DNA from: a virus | Virus record (IMG/VR): IMGVR_UViG_3300020215_000044 | DNA: 39,156 bases | Direction: 5' to 3' (one strand) | Shown here: positions 26,915 to 34,570 of the stretch, piece by piece | Position numbering within the stretch: the stretch's first letter is position 1 | How the letters are laid out: each line of letters starts with the position of its first letter | Position numbers and translations under genes: made by a program | The notes under the pieces: model-generated | The model's database searches: none | What the model was told of the DNA's origin: nothing | Seen by the model: only the letters and a program-made list of their open reading frames with translations

Positions 26915-27687
26915 GCGATCCCTCGCTTGATGGCCGCCGCAGAGGCGAGCGTGCCCATCTCCCGATCGTTGACCAACTCCGTGGTGGTAAATTCCGGCAA
27001 CTCCTGCAAATAGGTGCCGTCTCGCAGCCACCGATCGAGCCGCGGCACCATCCCACGCCGCCAGCGGGCGCTCTGCTTGTGGCTCTCCAGCCGCGCCTTC
27101 AGGGCCACCCATGCCTCACGCGGCGTAGGCGCTAACTGTCCGTCCGTCAACGCCTTATACAAAGGCTGCTCAACCAGACCGGCGTGACACCGGCCCGACG
27201 GGTGCATCACGTTCACGAGCTCACGCGCACAGACGTCCATCGGTAACTCATCTTCAACAACAGCGACAGCGACATCTCTACTCATCTCAGGCGAGGTTTT
27301 CTGAGAGGTTAGTTGGGGTGAAACCTGCGAGGTTTCCTGCTCAATAACCTCCGAGGTTTTCCGAGGCCGGCCGCCATGCTTGCCGCCGTTCCGCTTCCGG
27401 GCTTTCAAATCCTCGATTTCGGCCGCCGATCGGTTGTGTTTCAAGTAGTCATGCACCCGCCAGCCGCCGTCCACCTTCTCCCACAGGCCGGCGCGCTCAA
27501 GGTGGTGCGCCAACTGTTTGGCGTTCTTGACCCCCAGGAAGGGCAAGGCTTCTTCGGAAATAAAGCCGTCTGTCAGCGCGTCCTGGCAGTAACCAAGCCC
27601 ACAGAGCCAGAGCCATGACGGGGCAGGACCGGCCTTGATGAACTTGCGGTTCGTGCGGACGCTGGCCTGTACCTGTATGTGAGCCAT
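26911..27687 (-). CDS. Replication-initiator-like protein (N-terminal winged-helix-like domain, linker encoding iterons, C-terminal domain)
   Basis: WLWLCGLGYCQDALTDGFISEEAL...AGLWEKVDGGWRVHDYLKHN is a pattern seen in phage replication/DNA-binding proteins. The central linker coincides with a DNA repeat cluster (see 27291..27362). Confidence 0.55.
   Translation of the reverse strand: MAHIQVQASVRTNRKFIKAGPAPSWLWLCGLGYCQDALTDGFISEEALPFLGVKNAKQLAHHLERAGLWEKVDGGWRVHDYLKHNRSAAEIEDLKARKRNGGKHGGRPRKTSEVIEQETSQVSPQLTSQKTSPEMSRDVAVAVVEDELPMDVCARELVNVMHPSGRCHAGLVEQPLYKALTDGQLAPTPREAWVALKARLESHKQSARWRRGMVPRLDRWLRDGTYLQELPEFTTTELVNDREMGTLASAAAIKRGIA
27291..27362. repeat. Iteron-like cluster: GAGGTT(T) x4 direct plus AACCT(C/G) x2 inverted (candidate origin)
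   Basis: gaggtttt 27294, gaggtta 27306, gaggtttc 27330, gaggtttt 27354 (spacing 12/24/24 nt). Palindromes gaaacct-gcg-aggtttc (27320-27336) and aacctc-c-gaggtt (27346-27358). Flanked by a lower-GC stretch. Confidence 0.5.
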
Positions 27688-27826
27688 TGGTCTCGTCGTT
27701 TCAGTTGTTCGTTAGTCGAGCCTGTTGGGGTCGCTCGTCTCTCCGAGCGGTCCACAATCCACACAATCTGTCGCGCGTCGGCGGCTCTACCCACTTCCCA
27801 AGCCGCGCGCTACCGCGCCGACCGCC

Positions 27827-28531
27827 TTACCCGTTACGCGGCGTACCTGCGCGCTTCCGCTTCGAGGATGCGCCGGCCGATCCACTCCGCGATTTGCGGG
27901 ACGATCGCGTTTCCGAGCGCGGCCAGTCGAGCATTGTCCAATCCTGGAGATACCCCATTAGCCACTCGACAAATTGCGGGTTCGGCTTCCCACCCAGCAC
28001 GTTGTCGAGCATCAGCCCGCCACCTCTCGAAATCGATCCGAGCCCGCGACCACCGCCGCGCCCGCCCTGCTTCTGACGCGCCTGCGGCGTCGGATACATC
28101 CGCACGTAATCCGTCAGCGTCGTGCCGGCGTGGACGCCAGTCGGAGGCGTTTTGAACCGTCGTGCTGTCGCGTTCGCGGCCGACTTCGCGTCGCCCTTCG
28201 TCGGCGTTGGGATAAGCGACGAGCCAGAGACGGTCACGCCCATGCGGGGCGCCAACGGCCGCAGCCTGAATGCAATCCCACTCCGCGTCATACCCGCACG
28301 CGGCCAAATCTCCGAGAACTCTTCCAAGCCCTCGAGCCAACAGGTCTGCGACGTTCTCCACGACGACGTAGCGCGGTCGAAGTTGGCGAACGAGTCGAGA
28401 CATCTCGAACCAAAGACCGGACTGCTCTCCGTCAAGTCCAGCCTTCGCGCCGGCGCTGCTGATGTCCTGACACGGGAATCCACCGCAGATGACATCGACG
28501 CGCTCAAGCTCGGCTCCAACGGTTCGGACAT
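27827..28531 (-). CDS. Embedded alternative-frame ORF (frame B, 234 aa) with methyltransferase TRD/motif-IX-type sequence
   Basis: SSWRTSQ..EIWPRAGMTRSGIAF..IPTPTKGDAKS..PPTGVHAGTTLTDYV..YPTPQARQ..NPQFVEWLMGYLQDWT. Codon-position GC (hand count) favours this frame over frame A across 27935-28531. The translation status is unknown. Confidence 0.45.
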   Translation of the reverse strand: MSEPLEPSLSASMSSAVDSRVRTSAAPARRLDLTESSPVFGSRCLDSFANFDRATSSWRTSQTCWLEGLEEFSEIWPRAGMTRSGIAFRLRPLAPRMGVTVSGSSLIPTPTKGDAKSAANATARRFKTPPTGVHAGTTLTDYVRMYPTPQARQKQGGRGGGRGLGSISRGGGLMLDNVLGGKPNPQFVEWLMGYLQDWTMLDWPRSETRSSRKSRSGSAGASSKRKRAGTPRNG

Positions 28532-28685
28532 CTTCGTATCGCTTCACCGCCGGCCAGTGCTTCGCCAGCACCGCCCGACAAAATGGGTCGATCTCGACCT
28601 GCCACCGAATCTCAAACCCGGCCCGCTCCAACCCCAAGTCGAAGCCGCCGATCCCCGCAAACAAGCTCCCAACCGTCAGCGCCAC
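27834..28685 (-). CDS. DNA (cytosine-5)-methyltransferase (frame A, GTG start)
   Basis: Ordered motifs FAGIGG (I), GGFPCQDIS (IV), ENV (VI), GAPHGRDRLWLVA (VIII), LGNAIVPQ (X). Confidence 0.85.
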   Translation of the reverse strand: MALTVGSLFAGIGGFDLGLERAGFEIRWQVEIDPFCRAVLAKHWPAVKRYEDVRTVGAELERVDVICGGFPCQDISSAGAKAGLDGEQSGLWFEMSRLVRQLRPRYVVVENVADLLARGLGRVLGDLAACGYDAEWDCIQAAAVGAPHGRDRLWLVAYPNADEGRREVGRERDSTTVQNASDWRPRRHDADGLRADVSDAAGASEAGRARRWSRARIDFERWRADARQRAGWEAEPAICRVANGVSPGLDNARLAALGNAIVPQIAEWIGRRILEAEARRYAA

Positions 28686-28688
28686 GCT

Positions 28689-28928
28689 CTATCTCGTTGC
28701 CCGCCGCGGTAGGGCTGTCGGTCGATCCGCCCATCGTTCGCCAGCGCGCATCACTTTCAAGTTCATGTACGTCACCGTGGATCGCTCCTGCCCCCGTGTC
28801 TGGATCCCGGAGGACATCGATCCACAGCCGTAGCCACACACCAAGCGCAGTCGTCCATCGACGATCCGTGGTAAGCCGTAGGCGTGACCGCCGAAACAGG
28901 CGCAGAGGAGACGACGCAGCACACTCAT
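28689..28928 (-). CDS. Small Cys-rich protein (79 aa)
   Basis: CACFGGH...VCGYGCG. Confidence 0.4.
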   Translation of the reverse strand: MSVLRRLLCACFGGHAYGLPRIVDGRLRLVCGYGCGSMSSGIQTRGQERSTVTYMNLKVMRAGERWADRPTALPRRATR

Positions 28929-28998
28929 ACGCGCGTGGCCGGCCGGTGGTCGTGAGCGGGACGATCTGGTACCGCAGCGGCCGTGGTTGCTGGTGCCA

Positions 28999-29196
28999 TC
29001 AGGCGTTCACCGCTCGCGTCTGAATGCGACCGCACCGGCCGCACTCACGCTGCTGATAGACGCGCTGCCCTGTCTCCATCGGCGCTCCGACCGTCTCGCC
29101 GGTAAGGCCACTCACGTATTGCGTGTAGACGATGACGCGCCGAGCAGCCGTCCACGGCCGCCACTGATGCAGCTTCCAAAACGGGCTGCACATCAC
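28999..29196 (-). CDS. Small protein (65 aa) with C-terminal CxxC
   Basis: ATGA overlap with the Dam gene stop. ECGRCG near the C-terminus. Confidence 0.4.
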   Translation of the reverse strand: MMCSPFWKLHQWRPWTAARRVIVYTQYVSGLTGETVGAPMETGQRVYQQRECGRCGRIQTRAVNA

Positions 29197-29645
29197 TTCG
29201 CCTCCTGCGGTGGCCGAAACACAATCACCACGGACGGGAACGGCGCCGAATTGCTCGAGCCGCCAAACTTCAACCGGCCTTTCACGAAGCGCACCTCCAC
29301 ACCTGGGCGCGGCTGGTGCGTGGCGCTGTCCCAGACGTGCTCATGCCACCAACGGGTATCCGTGCGGCTCGGCACCAGGCACACGACCGTGTGACACTTC
29401 AGCGACTCTGCCCGCGCCTTGGCGATGAACGCCAGGCACTTGGAGTACGGCGGGTTGACAAAGATCGAACTAGGCACCGTGGCCCACGACTCCAGCGCCA
29501 GCGCGTCGATCTGCCCGCCGTACCACACGCGGCACTTGGCGTTCTCGGGCGCCGCCGCAGCGTCCACGTCGAACTGGAACTCCTCATTGAGCCGATCAAA
29601 GAAGTCCTGCGGCGTGGCCCACTCGTCCTTCGCGCTCGAGAACAT
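29193..29645 (-). CDS. Phage Dam-type DNA N6-adenine methyltransferase
   Basis: DEWATPQDFFDRLNEEFQFDVDAAA...FVNPPYS...VCLVPSRTDTRWWH...VRFVKGRLKF matches the phage Dam MTase family layout. Start trimmed to MFSSAKDEW. Confidence 0.8.
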   Translation of the reverse strand: MFSSAKDEWATPQDFFDRLNEEFQFDVDAAAAPENAKCRVWYGGQIDALALESWATVPSSIFVNPPYSKCLAFIAKARAESLKCHTVVCLVPSRTDTRWWHEHVWDSATHQPRPGVEVRFVKGRLKFGGSSNSAPFPSVVIVFRPPQEAK

Positions 29646-29656
29646 AACCGCCGTGT

Positions 29657-29857
29657 TCACCGGCAGCTCCCGCACCGCTCGGCCGTCTTGCTGGTGAAGT
29701 AGAACGAGCGCCGGCACACCGCGCACTTCCGTAACTCGGACTCGACCACGTTTCGATCGTCATAGCTGCGTGGATCACCACTGGCTGGTGACGCGGTAGC
29801 TGGGACCGGGCGAATGGCTTGCAGGCTGTCCATGTGCGCCATCTCCTTCCTCACCAT
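29657..29857 (-). CDS. Small zinc-ribbon protein (66 aa)
   Basis: CAVC...CGSC at the C-terminus. Confidence 0.4.
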   Translation of the reverse strand: MVRKEMAHMDSLQAIRPVPATASPASGDPRSYDDRNVVESELRKCAVCRRSFYFTSKTAERCGSCR

Positions 29858-29938
29858 CGCTGTGGCCCTCGTCCTTCACTGATCCAATCGGGACACTCGA
29901 TCCCTGATCGCCAGGATCGCCAGAGACGGAGAAGGCGA

Positions 29939-30253
29939 CTAAGCACGGGACACGGCCTCGCGCGTGGTCGGATTTCCCGTATCAGTGGCTTGGGGATCTA
30001 CCGCGCCGGCCGCCTGTGGTAATTCCCTCAGCCGAAACATCCGGCACTGGCCGTTGTAGATGCCCTCGCGCGGGATCAGCGCCTCCAGCGCCCCTTTCAG
30101 CTTGTCGTCCGCGAACTGGTCGTAGTTGTAGAAAAGGTGCGCGTCCATCACGGCACAGCCGATCTCGTGCTTCCCATCGCCGTCGTTGGCGCAGCGCTCG
30201 CACCACTGCGCGCGGTAGATGTCGCCTTCGGTGCCGTTGCTGAAGTAGCCCAC
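29939..30253 (-). CDS. Hypothetical protein (104 aa, GTG start)
   Basis: VGYFSNGTEGDIYRAQWCERCANDGDG... preceded by AGGAAGGA. Trimmed from ORF 29939..30376. Confidence 0.5.
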   Translation of the reverse strand: MGYFSNGTEGDIYRAQWCERCANDGDGKHEIGCAVMDAHLFYNYDQFADDKLKGALEALIPREGIYNGQCRMFRLRELPQAAGAVDPQATDTGNPTTREAVSRA

Positions 30254-30255
30254 GA

Positions 30256-31170
30256 TCAGTCCTTCCTCACGACCCGCACCGCGATCTCCTCGCGCACGGT
30301 GAACTCCTGCCCGTCCTTGTCGTCCTTCCGCCGCTTCCACGCGACGAGTGACCGAATACGGACACAGGCTAGGCACTCTCGGCGGCCGTACCGTACGCGG
30401 GTGTTTTCTTCCGTAAACTCATGGCCGCGCAGGCAATGGGTCTTGGCCGTGTTGCCGTTAGAGATCGGCGGCGGCACAGACACCGGAGCCTTAGCCGCTC
30501 CAACGATCCACCCAGACACCGCAGACGGCAGGTGCAGCGACTGCACCCATTGCCGCCATGCGAGCACGTCACCGAGCAGCCAGGCGCGCTCCACGACCGT
30601 GGTCTTGTAGCTATGGCACCGGCGGCACAGCGAGACGAGGTTGTCTTGATGGTTGGCGAGCGCCTTGTCCTCGAACGACCGCCACGGCCGCACGTGGTCA
30701 ACGGACAACTTCTCTTTCCGTACCGTCCCGCATTCGCCTCGGCCGCAGCGACGGCAGGTAAACGAGTCACGCTCACGAATAGAGTCAGCCAGACGGTTCC
30801 AGCCAGCCCCGCGGTTGGGGTCTTTGTCGCCCCGAAACATGGGGCTGTTCTCACCACGGAAATACAGCGCGCGGCAGGCCGACCCACAGAATGAATGGCG
30901 CACGCGCTTCAGCGCTGCCGCAGTGCGCTTAAACGTCGCCTTGCACTGGGTACACGTGGCGGTCGTCATCGCGGGCCTGGCGCCAACCGTGGCGAAGTAG
31001 CACTTGCGCGAGCAGAACTTGTTGCTGCCGGCCGCCTTGGCGCTGTATGGGGGCAGATACTCAGTACCGCAGTGCGCGCACGCCTTCGGCTTCCGCCTGG
31101 CGTAACGCCTCTTCTCGGCGGCGGCCTTCTTGTCTTTGGCCTCATCGACGCGGCTTGGCTTGGGGAACAT
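30256..31170 (-). CDS. HNH endonuclease with several zinc-ribbon elements (304 aa)
   Basis: SVDHVRPW...NHQDNLVSLCRRCHSYKT (HNH). Upstream CAHCG/CSRKC, CTQC/CGSAC. C-terminal HCLRGHEF..ENT..RECLAC. Start trimmed to MFPKPSR. Confidence 0.75.
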   Translation of the reverse strand: MFPKPSRVDEAKDKKAAAEKRRYARRKPKACAHCGTEYLPPYSAKAAGSNKFCSRKCYFATVGARPAMTTATCTQCKATFKRTAAALKRVRHSFCGSACRALYFRGENSPMFRGDKDPNRGAGWNRLADSIRERDSFTCRRCGRGECGTVRKEKLSVDHVRPWRSFEDKALANHQDNLVSLCRRCHSYKTTVVERAWLLGDVLAWRQWVQSLHLPSAVSGWIVGAAKAPVSVPPPISNGNTAKTHCLRGHEFTEENTRVRYGRRECLACVRIRSLVAWKRRKDDKDGQEFTVREEIAVRVVRKD

Positions 31171-31337
31171 CACAGCGATGGGTCGCAGCCGAGAATGGCA
31201 AGGTCGCGCGGCCCGTACGCCTCGCCCTTGCGAATTGCCGAGTGCTTGACCTTGCGAACCGGCTTGGCCGTCGACGCGGTACGGGAGGCGGTGGATGTAC
31301 GCTTGCCTGCACCGGCGCGCATCTTTTTCGTGCTCAC
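31170..31337 (-). CDS. Possible small basic protein (55 aa, GTG start)
   Basis: Hand translation: VSTKKMRAGAGKRTSTASRTASTAKPVRKVKHSAIRKGEAYGPRDLAILGCDPSL. GTGA and TGATG coupling to neighbours. Better GC3 than the overlapping extension of the HNH ORF. Confidence 0.3.
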   Translation of the reverse strand: MSTKKMRAGAGKRTSTASRTASTAKPVRKVKHSAIRKGEAYGPRDLAILGCDPSL

Positions 31338-31513
31338 GCCGCATCCTTCGGGACGGGTGCCGCCAGGGCCGTTCCGACCGCTACGCAGTACGAACAGCCG
31401 CACGTCGGCAGGCAGTCATCGTCCACGTGTGATCCGCAGTCGGGGCACGTTTCCTCGTCGGCGGGATCGAACACGTCGCGGTCGTCAGAGCCGTTCCACT
31501 GGTGGCTATCCAA
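31334..31513 (-). CDS. Possible small Cys-rich acidic protein (59 aa, TTG start)
   Basis: Hand translation: LDSHQWNGSDDRDVFDPADEETCPDCGSHVDDDCLPTCGCSYC... GGGAG lies 6 nt upstream of the TTG. Confidence 0.3.
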   Translation of the reverse strand: MDSHQWNGSDDRDVFDPADEETCPDCGSHVDDDCLPTCGCSYCVAVGTALAAPVPKDAA

Positions 31514-31703
31514 GTGCCGCTCCCTTCTGCGCCAGCCGTCGCTGTTGCCGCCATGCCGCCTGATACAGCCGATGCCGCAGGCACATCTGCGTCCCGCCGT
31601 GCGCTTTGGACGAGCAGTGCTTACACAGCCCCTGCGCGCGTCGGCGCAGCTTGCGCAGGCGATCCTGCTCGGCCCGCGTCAGACCACTCGACGGGCGCGG
31701 CAT
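31506..31703 (-). CDS. Small basic Cys/His protein (65 aa)
   Basis: CKHC...CLRH. Its start overlaps the recT stop. Confidence 0.4.
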   Translation of the reverse strand: MPRPSSGLTRAEQDRLRKLRRRAQGLCKHCSSKAHGGTQMCLRHRLYQAAWRQQRRLAQKGAALG

Positions 31704-32668
31704 CAGAACGCCTGATCCTTCGGCGCGGTCGCCGCATCCTTCGCCACGATCTCGGCGTCGAGCGTGGCGTCATCGACCACGGGCGACGGCGGTGGCGTAA
31801 GCGGATAGCGGTGAATGGCCTTGACCTTGATCTTTCCGTCGCGGGCGCCCTTGACCAGCGTCAGCGTCACCGGCTGGCCTTCCTGCACCAGCTGCTCGGC
31901 CAGGGCGACACACTGCGTATCGGGAATCGGGTAGGCGTGTTCCACGCCGGCCGCGTCGACCACGGTCACGTCGCCGCCGTAGCGCTTGGGCGTCACGGTC
32001 AGCAGATAGACGCAGCCGTCGGGCAAGGGCGGGCGCTCCGGTGCCGCGAGCTGCGGCGCTTCGACCACCATCGACGCCGAGTCACGGCCGCTGTCCGCCT
32101 GCCCCATCTCGTCGGCGGTATAGAGGCCTGACAGCTCCTGCGGGAACGCTTTACGCAGCGCCAACGATTCGGCGCACTTGGCGATCATCACGTCCGGCAT
32201 CCGCTGCCACATGGCCGTGAGCGATCCGTCTTTCTTGGTCTGCGCGTAGGCCGCGAACCGCGCCACGCCCCACGCCGGCTCACGGAAGCCCTTGCGCCAC
32301 ACGCCGACACGCGCGGCGGCGGGCGTCGAGGATTCCAGCCACACATCGCGCCAGACACCATCAGCGGCGCACCACTGCGGCGGCGTCTGGCCTTCGTATT
32401 CCCCGGTGCGCTCGGCCACCAGCCTGAAGCCGTCGATGGACACCTGTGTGGACATGACCTCGCGGCCTTCCTTGCTGTCCCACCGCTTGACGGCGTAAAT
32501 CTGCCGGGAGAATGGATCCAGGCCGGTGCGGGCGCACTGCTGGAGGAACAGCGCCAGCTCGTCGTCGGTCGCGCCCTTGGCGATCGTGCGCTTGACGAGA
32601 TCGACCTGATCCGCCGTGAAGCCCTTATCGACGGCTTGCGGCGGCATCACCGCGAGTGCGCCCGCCAT
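31703..32668 (-). CDS. recT: RecT/Bet-family single-strand annealing recombinase with C-terminal extension
   Basis: [44 protein letters not shown]...[17 protein letters not shown]...[17 protein letters not shown] matches the RecT/Bet signature. About 110 extra C-terminal residues. Confidence 0.8.
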   Translation of the reverse strand: MAGALAVMPPQAVDKGFTADQVDLVKRTIAKGATDDELALFLQQCARTGLDPFSRQIYAVKRWDSKEGREVMSTQVSIDGFRLVAERTGEYEGQTPPQWCAADGVWRDVWLESSTPAAARVGVWRKGFREPAWGVARFAAYAQTKKDGSLTAMWQRMPDVMIAKCAESLALRKAFPQELSGLYTADEMGQADSGRDSASMVVEAPQLAAPERPPLPDGCVYLLTVTPKRYGGDVTVVDAAGVEHAYPIPDTQCVALAEQLVQEGQPVTLTLVKGARDGKIKVKAIHRYPLTPPPSPVVDDATLDAEIVAKDAATAPKDQAF

Positions 32669-32907
32669 CAGAACACCTCCCGAATCTCAATGCCGTCCGG
32701 CGCATCGTCGCGCACGACCCGGCCGGTGCCCGTCTGCGCGCAGCCGTATTCGATGGACGCCAGCCGGTCGCTGTCCTTCACGTCCAGCAGCACCATCGCG
32801 GCTTTGAACTGGCCCCAGGTCAGCCCCGCCGGCACCCCCTGCACCCGCAGATCGAGGCTGGCGCGCAAGTCCTTCTCAAGCGTGGCGTCGGTGGTGACGA
32901 GCTTCAT
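32668..32907 (-). CDS. Hypothetical protein (79 aa)
   Basis: Starts [13 protein letters not shown] with GGGAGGGG upstream. Trimmed from ORF 32668..33024. Confidence 0.5.
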   Translation of the reverse strand: MKLVTTDATLEKDLRASLDLRVQGVPAGLTWGQFKAAMVLLDVKDSDRLASIEYGCAQTGTGRVVRDDAPDGIEIREVF

Positions 32908-33200
32908 GCCGCCCCTCCCTGCCAGTCCGATCCATGCACCGCGATCAAATGGGCCGCGAGATTCCGCAGCTCCTGCCCTGAGCGCCGCGCCACCGAGCGA
33001 TAGGTGCAGCCTTCGCGGACGCAATGCACGATGTGCAGCGGCTTCGCCAGCACGCCCGCGTCCGAGATCCGCAGCCCCGTCGCCTGTTCAATGCGCTGGC
33101 GCTCAGCCTGCTGATACGCCTTGGCCCGATCGATCTCGGCCTGGCTCGGCATGTGCGCCATCCGCTTGCGCTCGTCTGGTATCGTGGTAATCGTTGCCAT
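32904..33200 (-). CDS. Hypothetical protein (98 aa)
   Basis: Starts MATITTIPDERK with GGAGGA upstream. Trimmed from ORF 32904..33332. Confidence 0.5.
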   Translation of the reverse strand: MATITTIPDERKRMAHMPSQAEIDRAKAYQQAERQRIEQATGLRISDAGVLAKPLHIVHCVREGCTYRSVARRSGQELRNLAAHLIAVHGSDWQGGAA

Positions 33201-33243
33201 GACGTCCTCCGTTGACGTTCTGGTAATGGAGTGGCTGACGGCG

Positions 33244-33702
33244 CTACCCGTTGGCCACTCGCTTTTCTGCCGTCGGTAAGCTGGCCTTCGCTTGGACCGG
33301 CCTTCCAACCTGCGCGGCGATCCGGCGCACAATCACCATCCGGTCCACCAGCGCCAGCAGCTCCTCGTTCAACTCGGCCGGGTCCAAGTCCCGCACGTTC
33401 ACGCCGAGCACTTCGCGTCCATACCGCTGCATCCACTTCACTTGGAGATCCCGCGGCAGCCGCTCGAAGTCATCCAGCCCAAACGCCTGCGTCCCGGCGG
33501 TCATCTTCGAGAAGGTCTGCTCGCTCTTGCCGCATTCGTCCGCGATGGCCTTGCGCGGGAGCGGATGCGCGTCGATTTCCGCAATCAGGCAACTCAGCGC
33601 AGCCGACTTGCCCTCACTTGCCGCCGCCCGCTCGTCGCGGCAACTCGCCGCTACACGCTTGCCGTGTGTTGCCGTCGATCCACTCGCTACAGTGGTCGGC
33701 AT
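33244..33702 (-). CDS. Hypothetical protein, possible HTH regulator (152 aa)
   Basis: RKAIADECGKSEQTFSKMTAG resembles an HTH. The assignment is weak. Confidence 0.45.
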   Translation of the reverse strand: MPTTVASGSTATHGKRVAASCRDERAAASEGKSAALSCLIAEIDAHPLPRKAIADECGKSEQTFSKMTAGTQAFGLDDFERLPRDLQVKWMQRYGREVLGVNVRDLDPAELNEELLALVDRMVIVRRIAAQVGRPVQAKASLPTAEKRVANG

Positions 33703-33711
33703 ATGTCGTCC

Positions 33712-33999
33712 CTACCCTCCCGCCGCCTGTATCAGCCGCCGCTTCCGTTCGAGGCTCTCCGCGAGCAGCCCTTCGACACCGCAGGGCACCAGCCACGCCT
33801 GGGCCTCGCTGATCTGGCCGAACCCGAGCCACCCGCAGGTGCAGCACGGAAACCACGAGCCGCCGCGATACAACACGTCCCGCCTGTGCAGCTCTCTCCG
33901 GACGGCCGCCGATCCCCGGCGGTCGTCCCCCGCCTCCACAGCGCGGTCGAGGAGTTGCTGATCGCCCTGCGGGAGTACGAACGGTGCGTGACTACTCAT
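33712..33999 (-). CDS. Hypothetical protein (95 aa)
   Basis: Starts MSSHAPFVLPQ and overlaps the upstream stop. Contains CCTCGW. Confidence 0.45.
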   Translation of the reverse strand: MSSHAPFVLPQGDQQLLDRAVEAGDDRRGSAAVRRELHRRDVLYRGGSWFPCCTCGWLGFGQISEAQAWLVPCGVEGLLAESLERKRRLIQAAGG

Positions 34000-34261
34000 G
34001 AGTAGCCTCGCGGGCCTTGAGCATCGCGTCGGCCAACGCATACGCCGCCTCAGCGACGTTGCGCGCTTCGCGTTGCACCATGCCGCTGTCGTGGCCGATG
34101 CCCCGGCGGTTGCTCACAGCCACGACGACGCCGCGCGTATCGCCAGCGAACGACGCAAGCGCTTGTACTGCGAAGTAGTCCCGCAGCGACATGCCTTCAA
34201 CTGGCTGCACGCTGCGATAGTCACCAGACGGGAACACCGGACCGCCCTCTCGAATCGCCAT
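33992..34261 (-). CDS. Hypothetical protein (89 aa)
   Basis: Clean ORF contiguous with its neighbours. Confidence 0.5.
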   Translation of the reverse strand: MAIREGGPVFPSGDYRSVQPVEGMSLRDYFAVQALASFAGDTRGVVVAVSNRRGIGHDSGMVQREARNVAEAAYALADAMLKAREATHE

Positions 34262-34570
34262 CTACTGCTCCCCTCGCACGAGCCGAAATTCGTACGTGTT
34301 GTGGACGCGCCGCCGCTCGATCACATGCCCGCCATGCTTGGCTTTCTTGGCGTTGCGAATTTGCGCGCTGATCGACGGCTCGGGATCGAGGATCCCGGTC
34401 ACAGCCGCGATGCGATGCCGGATCGCCGGCACGCTCCACCAGTCGCCATCGCCCATCACGTCCAACACCCGCCGCAACTGCGCACCGAGCCGCACATGGT
34501 CGGCCGCCGTCAGCGGCACGCCGGAATCGAAGCGCACCGGCAGATCGAGCAGCGAGGGCTGGTTGCTCAT
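34262..34570 (-). CDS. Hypothetical protein (102 aa)
   Basis: ATGA coupling to the upstream HTH gene. Confidence 0.5.
   Translation of the reverse strand: MSNQPSLLDLPVRFDSGVPLTAADHVRLGAQLRRVLDVMGDGDWWSVPAIRHRIAAVTGILDPEPSISAQIRNAKKAKHGGHVIERRRVHNTYEFRLVRGEQ

Noticed and set aside
27900-28250. Programmed ribosomal frameshift sites (X_XXY_YYZ heptamers or homopolymer slippery runs) at the two frame-A/frame-B transition zones of the methyltransferase locus
   Set aside because: No slippery heptamer or obvious downstream stimulatory structure was found by eye. Frameshifting is kept only as one of three hypotheses in the finding.
31171-31344. N-terminal extension of the HNH ORF (MRREHEKDARRC...)
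   Set aside because: It has lower third-position GC than the alternative frame. An ATG at 31170 coupled to the upstream stop gives a complete HNH protein.
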